A stretch of DNA of 64,000 nt. Source: Chrysomallon squamiferum. Its lineage: Eukaryota > Animalia > Mollusca. Of the stretch, positions 13,101 to 21,742 are shown in pieces (the stretch's first letter is position 1; each line of letters starts with the position of its first letter). A model generated the notes under the pieces. The model made no database searches. It was not told the origin of the DNA and saw nothing but the letters and a program-made list of their open reading frames with translations. A program made the translations under genes and the position numbers. Location: NCBI GenBank assembly GCA_012295275.1, contig CM022673.1, positions 24,800,001 to 24,864,000 on the forward strand, written 5' to 3'.

Positions 13101-16100
13101 ATGTTTGCAGATCCAGGCTCTTCTCACGGACAAAAGGGTTTCTGAAGCTCTTGAGCTGGCTCGGAATGCTAACAAAACTGGAATGACTAGAGAAAGGTTT
13201 ACAAAGGTACTCTCAGTCAACACTGAAAATAAACTGACAGAATTTCATTTTGTCAGTGAAGATATTAACTATAAGTGTACTTTTTATTAAAAAAATTAAA
13301 ATTCAAATATGATGTTAATGTTCTTTTTTTTTTTAGGTTTTAATACAGTCGAAAAATTTGCTTTTGAAATGATTTTTACACTCGTGTGATTAATCTTATT
13401 TCATTTAAAACAATTAATATAGTTCAGAAATGAAAAATTGTTAATTTATCAACTGGAATTCTGATTATGTTTTAGGTATTTTTAACGAGATACAAACATT
13501 TTTAAGAAATATAATGTTCTTGTGACCCATTATTTCTTCATGTAGTTTTGATTCTATTTCAGATGTATCAGAGGATACAACAACAAGCTGGTTTTATTGA
13601 ATTCACACAGCAGCATTTTGATGATGCAACAGAGCTGTTCAAAGAAGGCCAGGTAGACATTCGTGAGGTAAAGTGGAACTGCTGGGCTTTTGTATTTTAG
13701 TTTACTTACATTTGTATTTATGCTAGTAAAATATTTGTTGGATGAATGTGTGTATGAACTGGTGGATGTATTGTGTGTATATTTGTCATGGCATATTCTT
13801 TTTCAATATATTCAGTGCATATTGTTATAAAGTTCAAGAATTTTAAAAATTATTTTATTTATCTTTTTTAATATATATATTCATTTAAATCTTTGGTAAT
13901 CAAAAAAAAAACCTTTTTGTTATTTAATGTTTGTTATTTTTCAGTGTTGTAAAAAACTTTAATTTAGTTTTGTTACAAAAAAATTAAAACAGTCAATGTT
14001 AAACTGAAACAAAATGTTTAGACAAATTTTTATGTATTTCAGGAGTTTGAATTTGTGATATTTGTTTTTTTTTCAGATTGTTTGTTTATATCCTAATTTG
14101 ATGCCCATTAGACAAATTTTAGATCATTTATTTCTACAATGGTTTGAATTTCTGATACATTTTTTTTTTCAGATTGTTTGTTTATATCCTAATTTGATGC
14201 CCATTAGACAAATTTTACATCATGTTTTCTACAATGGTTTGAACCTCTGATACTGTTTTTTTCAGATTGTTTGTTTATATCCTAATTTGATGCCCTCCAG
14301 TGTGAACTTCATCCGGTCCATGCCCCCACTGCATGAAATAGCAGATATCAATCAGCTGACACAAGGAAATGAAGACAAGATTAAAGAATACAAATATTTT
14401 CTCAGATCTTACTTGGAAGAAATGAAAGGGACAAAGAATGCTACAGGATATAAACAAGTAATTATCGTTTTACATTCATATGTATTTATTTTATTTTTAT
14501 TTTTGTCACCCATCCACTTTTTATTGATATTTTTCAAACTGTTAATTTCAAAAATATTTTTTTCAGATTGTTAGAGATGTCCATATTATACTGAAAATGT
14601 GATGTTAATTTATCCAGATTGATTCCACAGTTGATGTGGTGTCACTACAAATTCAAATAGTTATAATGTTGTTAAAGTTTATATGAATTTGGGTTCTTTT
14701 TGTCCTCACAGATTATTGATGTTGCACTGTTAAAGCTCTATGCAGAAGTGAACTCACCAGAGTTAATTCCCCTGATTTCCGTGGACACTGGGTGTGAACT
14801 GAAAGACAGCGTGGAGTGTTTGGAACAGTATAAACGTTACCAGGCTCTGGCCTTGCTGTACAAGTTCCATGGTGATTATGACAAAGCTCTTAATATATGG
14901 ACTAGGCAAGTCATTTTTATATGGTGCTCCATATTATCAGTACAGACATTTAGCTCGAAGGAAACTTTCTATTATTTCAATATAAGTAATGTCATTTATT
15001 TTATATTAATATAGTCATTTAGCTCAAATGAAACTTTCTATTATTTCAATGAAAGTAATGTCATTTATTTTATATTAATATAGCCATTTAGCTCAAATGA
15101 AACTTTCCATTATTTCAATGAAAGTAATGTCATTTATTTTATATTAATATAGTCATTTAGCTCAAATGAAACTTTCCATTATTTCAATAGAAGTATTATT
15201 TATTTGTTTTATTTTAATATAGCTCTAATAAAAGGTTCAATTATTTCAGTAGATGTGAAATAATTTGTTTTACATTAATGTAGTGATTTAGCTACAAAGT
15301 ATATTGAATATATATTGGAATAATTTTAACTTGAGTATGCTGCTTTGGTTACTCTGTAATTTGTTCTTTTAGACTTGTAGATGGGACGATTACAGACGAA
15401 TGTTTTCCTGGTTTTAAATTTGTTGTGGAAGTTTTAGCAAAGTAAGAAAGCTTATTTTAAATTAGTTTATACACTGATTCAGTGAGAAAGGTTGGAATGT
15501 GAATGTATTTATCATTCAGTATAAATAGTCTTATTCTGTTTGTTTTACGGCAATTCTTTTATTTTTTTGATGGGTTTTGGTGTTGTTGTTTTATTTTTGA
15601 GATTTTGAAGATACAATTATTAAAATAACTAGATGAGTGTTTACAGAACAGAATTAAATTGTAATTGTCCATATTCTTTAGAACTGTTAGAAAAATTGTT
15701 GATCTATAAGCTTATTACTAAAAACATTGACAGTGTAATTTCACAGCTGGATGTATTCTCAAAATGTGGTGTTGCTATTACAGTCTGAATGACCATGAAT
15801 TGGTGTGGAAGTACATTGACTGGGCCCTGGAGAAAGATGAGGAATTAGCTGTACAAGTAAGTTTTATTCTCTTTGTTATCTCAGTACTTTAAACAGATTT
15901 TAAAAATTAAATTATTATATCTGAACAAGAAATGAGATCAAACTCACCTGATTCAGCTGCTTCTGTCAGTTGGGATATCTTGCTGTCTTGTGACCAGTAA
16001 GTCTCTTATCAATTGTGAGACATGTGTTTTCCATTTCACTGGAAGATGTCTGTAAAGTTTGTTTGTCATCTGAGTCCCTCTTAGTGTTGTGTTCAGTTAA

Positions 16101-19100
16101 ATGATGATTATTTTGTATTGTGGGTATACTATTTTTTGTTTTTTTGATGTTTTTGTGAACGATTAATTCAAAAGTTTGGAAGGTTATTTTAAAGTTGTAT
16201 TGAAATTCTGGTTATTGTGTATATACATATTTTAAAATCATATTTGTTAATGAGTTTTAGATGACATTTATTCTTGATGTCATCATTATTATTATTGTTG
16301 TTGTTGTTATATTTGTTGATGCAGATTTTTACTGAGAGACCACAAAACGAAGTCCCCACTGAACGTCTGAGACCTGATGCTGTCATAGATTATCTTCATC
16401 GCTTTCCAAAGGCTGTCATCTTTTACCTTGAATACCTCGTTTTTCAGAAGAAGTTAGAAGTATGATTCTTACTGTACATATCATGCAATATGTATTTGTT
16501 ACAGTGGGTGCAATACTTAAACTAAAACAGCTTGTTCCAGTCCAAAATTGAATATAGAATAGAAATTAAAATAATTAAATAAAAAAATTTTTTTTAATAA
16601 AATGTATTCATTCTTTTTATTATTACAGTTAAGACTGACACATGTAAACAAATGAGTGTTGTGAATCATCAAAACCCAAGATTATTGTTAATGTTGTTTC
16701 TGCTGAAGTTGTTATCATTGTCATTGAAATTATAAACATCAGCAGCTACTACATTGTCATTAAGATCTGTAGTGTCATCATCATTATTAATGTTGTTTCT
16801 GCTGTTATTATCATTATCATTATCATTGTCACTGTCACTGTCATTGACATCCTCAGCAGCAGCAGCATTGTCATCATCATCATCATTATTATTGTTTGCA
16901 GAAAGAAAAATACCACACTCACCTAGCTGTGTTGTACATGGACACAGTTCTGAGACTTATGAAAACTAACAATGTGAAGAAAGAAGAAATTGACATTGCA
17001 AGGTATTTAATGAAGAATGGATGTGCTTCCTAAATTCAGTTCATTTTGACGTTCTTGCTACTACTGTATTATGGTATAGTCCTGTTCTGTCACAGTTTAA
17101 ATAATGTTCCTGTTTCTTTGTACAAACATGCTATGTGTTCACTCACTTGTGATCAAATGTTTCTGTAAGGGTCATAATATATTTTTTGATTATATAGAGT
17201 AATGTGTTATATTCTATTTTCACTGTTAATCTGATTGTTTTATTTCAAATCTCAGTAATGGTTACAGTAATTTGTGTTTTATTTTTTGTTTTTGTTACCG
17301 AGTAACATGTATTAAGTGGTTTTAATTCAGGTCAAAACTGAGGACGATGTTGCAGATGTCAAACCTGTTTAGAGTTCAGCTTATCCTAGGAAAAGCCAAA
17401 GAGACTGAAATGCATGCAGAATGTGCAATATTGTATGGAAAGGTAGTAACCAGAGGACTTTGTTTATTTTTGTAGGCAGTCTCATCATAATGTTTTAGTC
17501 AAATATCTATTTTAATTTATTTTTATTTTTATTTCCTTAAACTGATTTTCAGACTGATTTTTCAGTAGTACTGAAAGTCATTCAAACCAAACTGTAATAA
17601 CAATTATTATGTGTTGGAAGTAACAACTGTTATTACCATTTAGTAAATAAGTATTCATTTTCCCCATTTTCTTTACACGAAAATGTCATTTTTAAATTTG
17701 AATCAGAGGAGTTGTTTCCCTTCAATCCAACACTTCACTGTTGTTAAAGGCTCAGGCTTATGGTACATTGACAGTAAATGGAATGAAAGAAAATTTATTA
17801 AAACAAATGAAAAAGAAAACATATATTTTCACTTAACAATAAAGTCAATTTCTAAGAACAACTCTATCCAGACATATGTTTTAACACGAGATCTGTTGAC
17901 GTTATTATTGTTGTTATCTCTTTTATTAATTACATCCCTGAATAACAAATAGATAAAAGAAACAGAGGGCTAAACACAGTTAAGCTGTGTATATAGGACT
18001 AGCTTTAATTTACAGTTTTTATGTTTTTTTTCACCCAGCTTGAAGAACATGACAAAGCTTTACGTATACTGATTCACCGACTGAAGGATTTCGGTGCTGC
18101 TGAGAACTACTGTTTAGTGAACTCGGAGGGCAAAGATCCATCGTATCGCAAACGTCTTTTTCACATTCTTCTCAGTGTCTACCTCGACCCATCCTTTGAG
18201 TAAGTCTCACCTTCTTTAAACACAATTTAGATACATCAATAGTTAGCAATACCAGACGTCACTGATGATTTAGATATATCAACAGTTAGCAATATCAGAC
18301 GTCATACCAGACGCCACTGATGATTTAGATATATCAACAGTTAGCAATACCAGACGTCACTGATGATTCAGATATATCAACGCAATACCAGACGTCACTG
18401 ATGATTTAGATATATCAACAGTTAGCAATACCAGACGTCACTGATGATTTAGATATATCAACAGTTAGCAATACCAGACGTCACTGATGATTTAGATATA
18501 TCAACAGTTAGCAATACCAGACACCACTGATGTAATCAGCACACCTGTAAATTGCAGAACTGTGGTTAAACAAGGACATATTTTAATAAACTTGTAGTTA
18601 TTCATTGCATTGAATTGATGAGGGAGGCAAAATGTTATTTTTGTCATCAGTTTTTTCTGTTTCTTTGTTTGCCTGTTTCAGTCGAAAGGATACTTTGGTA
18701 GAACCGGCAATAGCGTTGTTGAACAGTAATGTAGCTGATTTTGACACCGTCAAAGTAAGAATGATTTTAACAGCTTTTTTTATTAATTTGTTCTCTAATC
18801 ATCATGATAAACTTGTACAAAATTGAAATATATTTCTCATTTTGATAACTGAAATGAGAAAATCTTTAAAAAATAACTGGTGATGTTTGTATCTTCAGAA
18901 TATATTTTGGGGTTTTTTAATCATCATTCAAAAATATTATTAAATCTAATTAATTTTCTTCTAAATGTTAACAGTAAAAAATTATGATTCAACATTTCCT
19001 GTATAAAATGTAATTTTATGGTACTCATAAAAACTGTAAACCATTGTAAATCAATTATTACAAACTCTGATAATCAAGAAACAAAGACATATCATGAAAT

Positions 19101-20170
19101 TGTTTGTTATTTTTTGAATTTGCTATGCAAGTTTCATAAGATAAGAACTTATTACGTGAATGTTATTTCAGGTTTTACAGCTTTTACCAGATAATCAACA
19201 AATAAAGTCTGTCGTGAAATTTTTTATTTTTTATTAATTTGCTATGCAAGCTTCACAAGATAAGAACTTATTATGTGAATGTTGTTTCAGGTTTTACAAC
19301 TTCTACCAGAGAACTGGACAGTGGGTTTGCTGTCCCAGTTTCTGACTCGCGCTGTTAGGAGAAGCATGCATTCTTGTCGACTCTCCAGAATAGAGCGCAT
19401 GATGGCACGGGGGGAGAACCTGACTGTGAAAGAAAAGTGTATACAGATACAGCGGGAACCTGTGAGCATGAATGATGACAGGTGAGTCTTTCCACGACGT
19501 TCAGTCTGCCATTTTTGTTTTATCTGTGTTTCTTGTTGTTACGGTTTTCAACAACAAATGTATCTGATAAGTATATCTGTGTAAGGATCCAAACATGTTT
19601 TTACATACATCTACACTTGTACACACTCAAACAGAGCTTCTTATCTTCTGTAAGCCCAACTTAATGTTATTTTTCAATCTTAATTAATTACCATAGTACG
19701 AAGAGGTGCTTCAGTAAAACCAAAAGTCTCATTCTAATGAGTCAGACATTTTTATTTTTTGATTCCCTGATTTAGGTATCAGAAAATTATTGATGTTTTT
19801 TGAATTACGAGATCATTCCTTGAAAACTGTTTTTTAAAATATTACAAATTTTGACATATTTATAATTACTAGAAAGAAAAAAACCAGGTTAATTTGTAGG
19901 GGTTTTTTATTCTTTTTTTTCTCATTAATTATTAACATTTGAAATTTTGTTGTAAAATTTGATGAACAAATTCAGCTGTTTTTAAATGTTTTATTTATTA
20001 CATCTCATAGGTTTAAATAAAATACTTTTTTTTTTGTTTAGAACCTGATACACTTTTTTTTATTTGTTATGGAACTGTTTTTTTTTTTTTTCCTTCTTAC
20101 ATTACCTTTTTTAAATAAAATAGTTTACTTTTGTTTAGAACCTGATACACTTTATTTTTATTTATTAGGG

Positions 20171-20205
<35 letters not shown>

Positions 20206-20860
20206 CTTTTCTTTCTTCTGTTTTTTGGCCAGCCTGCTCCTCCTCTGTTTGCAGCTATTTGTAGTTTTAATGACATTTGTCCACAACCAGTTAGAACCAG
20301 GTCCTCAAGTACCCCTGTGTTTTGTAGAGCACAAAAAATAATAACAGCCGAGACATAAAAGGCAAACTTCATTAAATTCAGATTCACCCAGAGTAAACAG
20401 TGTTCAGTTGAGAGGGTTGGGAGGCAGTCTGTAACACTGTGTGTGGTCACTGGTGTAATTTTGATATTCGAGGTAAATATTGGTATGACATACTTTGAAC
20501 AATGCTGGGCCAGACAGAAGCTTTGTGTTGTTGGTCAAACGTGAATGTAGTAAAACAAACATTATCTGTGCCACTGACCTCTTATTTCCATTGTTAACGT
20601 TTGTTGCTTTAGTCTCTCACTGAAATGGCCATTAAATATAAAAGTGAAAATTAAAAAATACTGTACTGTTTTAAACTCAAGGTTTTTGCAGCATACAATG
20701 CATACCATCTTTAACTGTATGGTTGGGATGGTGGCAAGATATTTTTATTTCTATTTTTATTTTTATTTTTATTTTTATTTCATAACTTTAGCAGTAAATA
20801 TTTTCATTTCTAATATTATTTACATACAAATCAGTTCATGTTTTTCTAAAATACTGATAC

Positions 20861-20910
<50 letters not shown>

Positions 20911-21418
20911 ACCAAACTATATGTTTTCCATGATCGCACAATGAATTATTTATGTATTGTGTTAAAAATAAATAATAATTATTTCCATATCATCTTACAT
21001 TCAAATATATGTACATGTGTGTGGGTGTGAATGTAAAATGATATAGAAATCATTTTTTTCATTGCAGTATTAATTAGATTTGAAATTAAAATAGATTTAA
21101 AAAGGTAAATGCAAAACAGAAAAGAGATTAATGTACTTAAAGAAAGAATAGTGAATTACATTTCCTTAAAAAAAATACATATCTTAGCTGTATGGCAGAT
21201 CCTGTATATCATTATTAGTTGTGTATTTAAATATTTTGTGTTTTTATTGCAGAATGTGTGCTGTGTGTAACCGAGGATTCAGTGATCCGACATTTGTGAG
21301 GTACCCAAATGGAGTTGTGACTCACGTACATTGTGCCAAAAACAAATATGTCTGTCCTGTGACAGGAAAACTCTTTAGTACTAAAGTTAAAAAAGTGGAC
21401 GCTGAATCAAAGAAATGA
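6870..21418 (+). CDS. TGFBRAP1: TGF-beta receptor-associated protein 1 / Vps3 (CORVET subunit; CNH + CHCR + Vps39_2 zinc-ribbon), complete, 22 exons, 870 aa
   Basis: The exons sum to 2613 nt with continuous frame. The peptide is colinear with human TGFBRAP1: MSVKAFELVPAVE..., AASALNRILVLCDN, LDQQQKQAIPF, PPLHEIADINQL, IDVALLKLYAE, YHTHLAVLY, EHDKALRILIHRLKDFGAAENYC, CAVCNRGFSDPTFVRYPNG. Confidence 0.96.
8013..8065 (+). CDS. TGFBRAP1: TGFBRAP1 exon 2
   Basis: IECIDVCGKNLYIGTND(C)|gtatg. Confidence 0.92.
8339..8435 (+). CDS. TGFBRAP1: TGFBRAP1 exon 3
   Basis: FVVHYSLDERTASTGGRVSFHSEKQGHKYLAV|gtaag. Confidence 0.92.
8906..9004 (+). CDS. TGFBRAP1: TGFBRAP1 exon 4
   Basis: KKPIVQIKAASALNRILVLCDNTLTLLNMFDLE. 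Confidence 0.93.
9416..9502 (+). CDS. TGFBRAP1: TGFBRAP1 exon 5
   Basis: PIMTGAKIKGVSYFCINENPLRTNPFCIE. Confidence 0.93.
9868..9972 (+). CDS. TGFBRAP1: TGFBRAP1 exon 6
   Basis: ICVALKKKQIQMYTVTEDRIIQLRDISVPEPAVVL|gtaag. Confidence 0.92.
10443..10577 (+). CDS. TGFBRAP1: TGFBRAP1 exon 7
   Basis: SVDGINVCAALQTQYLMINSETNQTQDLFPYESEHINPVIKRINK. Confidence 0.92.
10960..11120 (+). CDS. TGFBRAP1: TGFBRAP1 exon 8
   Basis: DEFLLSGPNSLGLFVMSEGISQRPPVQWSDNII...AMNDEFITVH(S). Confidence 0.93.
11281..11514. repeat. 117-bp tandem duplication (2 copies), TGFBRAP1 intron 8
   Basis: tttgtttag.cagtttcccttca.atggtacccacatgataataaac... at 11281 and 11398. Confidence 0.9.
11561..11823. repeat. 66-bp minisatellite (~4 copies), TGFBRAP1 intron 8
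   Basis: unit tacattaagtggaaataatgtcactttattcagaattttatatatgaagacatactgtttataaag. Confidence 0.9.
11977..12109 (+). CDS. TGFBRAP1: TGFBRAP1 exon 9
   Basis: ILDQQQKQAIPFQGGVYLGSFDGHVFVASCRQIYCLIPVAFEKQ. Confidence 0.93.
12293..13052. repeat. 32-bp minisatellite (~24 copies), TGFBRAP1 intron 9
   Basis: contiguous unit acaataacctgcaaacactaccatattcactt with small variants and one truncated copy. Confidence 0.95.
13111..13206 (+). CDS. TGFBRAP1: TGFBRAP1 exon 10
   Basis: IQALLTDKRVSEALELARNANKTGMTRERFTK. Confidence 0.92.
13563..13667 (+). CDS. TGFBRAP1: TGFBRAP1 exon 11
   Basis: MYQRIQQQAGFIEFTQQHFDDATELFKEGQVDIRE. Confidence 0.92.
14018..14295 (+). repeat. Triplicated ~90-96-bp unit spanning the intron 11 / exon 12 junction
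   Basis: ttagacaaatttt...tttttcag|ATTGTTTGTTTATATCCTAATTTGATGCCC three times; units start at 14018, 14108 and 14204. Confidence 0.93.
14266..14457 (+). CDS. TGFBRAP1: TGFBRAP1 exon 12 (third of three tandem acceptor copies)
   Basis: IVCLYPNLMPSSVNFIRSMPPLHEIADINQLTQG...ATGYKQ. Confidence 0.9.
14712..14905 (+). CDS. TGFBRAP1: TGFBRAP1 exon 13 (ends at a GC donor)
   Basis: IIDVALLKLYAEVNSPELIPL...DYDKALNIWT(R); donor AG|gcaagt. Confidence 0.88.
14947..15222. repeat. 69-bp minisatellite (~4 copies), TGFBRAP1 intron 13
   Basis: catttagctcaaatgaaactttc.attatttcaatgaaagtaatgtcatttattttatattaatatag at 14947, 15016, 15085, 15154. Confidence 0.9.
15373..15441 (+). CDS. TGFBRAP1: TGFBRAP1 exon 14
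   Basis: LVDGTITDECFPGFKFVVEVLA(N)|gtaag. Confidence 0.88.
15784..15856 (+). CDS. TGFBRAP1: TGFBRAP1 exon 15
   Basis: LNDHELVWKYIDWALEKDEELAVQ|gtaag. Confidence 0.93.
16325..16459 (+). CDS. TGFBRAP1: TGFBRAP1 exon 16
   Basis: IFTERPQNEVPTERLRPDAVIDYLHRFPKAVIFYLEYLVFQKKLE. Confidence 0.93.
16902..17002 (+). CDS. TGFBRAP1: TGFBRAP1 exon 17
   Basis: KEKYHTHLAVLYMDTVLRLMKTNNVKKEEIDIA(R). Confidence 0.93.
17331..17442 (+). CDS. TGFBRAP1: TGFBRAP1 exon 18
   Basis: SKLRTMLQMSNLFRVQLILGKAKETEMHAECAILYGK. Confidence 0.93.
18039..18199 (+). CDS. TGFBRAP1: TGFBRAP1 exon 19
   Basis: LEEHDKALRILIHRLKDFGAAENYCLVNSEGKDPSYRKRLFHILLSVYLDPSF(D). Confidence 0.93.
18225..18532. repeat. 43-bp minisatellite (~7 copies, some partial), TGFBRAP1 intron 19
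   Basis: unit atttagatatatcaacagttagcaataccagacgtcactgatg. Confidence 0.92.
18682..18754 (+). CDS. TGFBRAP1: TGFBRAP1 exon 20
   Basis: RKDTLVEPAIALLNSNVADFDTVK|gtaag. Confidence 0.92.
19069..19310 (+). repeat. ~119-bp duplication spanning the intron 20 / exon 21 junction
   Basis: gataatcaa...tgctatgcaag...ataagaacttatta.gtgaatgtt.tttcag|GTTTTACA.CTT.TACCAGA twice. Confidence 0.88.
19291..19481 (+). CDS. TGFBRAP1: TGFBRAP1 exon 21
   Basis: VLQLLPENWTVGLLSQFLTRAVRRSMH...EPVSMNDD(R)|gtgag. Confidence 0.93.
21253..21418 (+). CDS. TGFBRAP1: TGFBRAP1 exon 22 (terminal; zinc ribbon)
   Basis: MCAVCNRGFSDPTFVRYPNGVVTHVHCAKNKYVCPVTGKLFSTKVKKVDAESKK-TGA. Confidence 0.94.
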
Positions 21419-21482
21419 TCCCAGTTTCCCGTAGCGGAATTTTATTTCAAGTGTCGAAGACTTGCTGGCAAACGTCTTTACT

Positions 21483-21742
21483 ATTGAACCACTGTTTTCA
21501 CTAGAACACGACAACCTGGTTATTTTAAATAACTGTAAACCAAAAACATTGAACAACTGTTTTCACTAGAACACGACAACCTGGTTATTTTAAATAACTG
21601 TAAACCAAAAACATTGAACAACTGTTTTCACTAGTACACAACAACCTGGTTATTTTAAATAACTGTAAACCAAAAACATTGAACAACTGTTTTCACTAGA
21701 ACACAACAACCTGGTTATTTTAAATAACTGTAAACCAAAAAC
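21483..21742. repeat. 65-bp tandem repeat (4 copies) in the TGFBRAP1 3' UTR
   Basis: attgaac.actgttttcactagaacac.acaacctggttattttaaataactgtaaaccaaaaac at 21483, 21548, 21613, 21678. Confidence 0.93.

Noticed and set aside
14248-14250. In-frame TGA in the duplicated acceptor region as selenocysteine or readthrough
   Set aside because: It sits in intron-derived repeat sequence, TGFBRAP1 is not a known selenoprotein, and no SECIS element was recognised.
21483-21742. 65-bp palindrome-containing repeats as CRISPR repeat-spacer units
   Set aside because: The whole unit is repeated almost identically, so there are no variable spacers.
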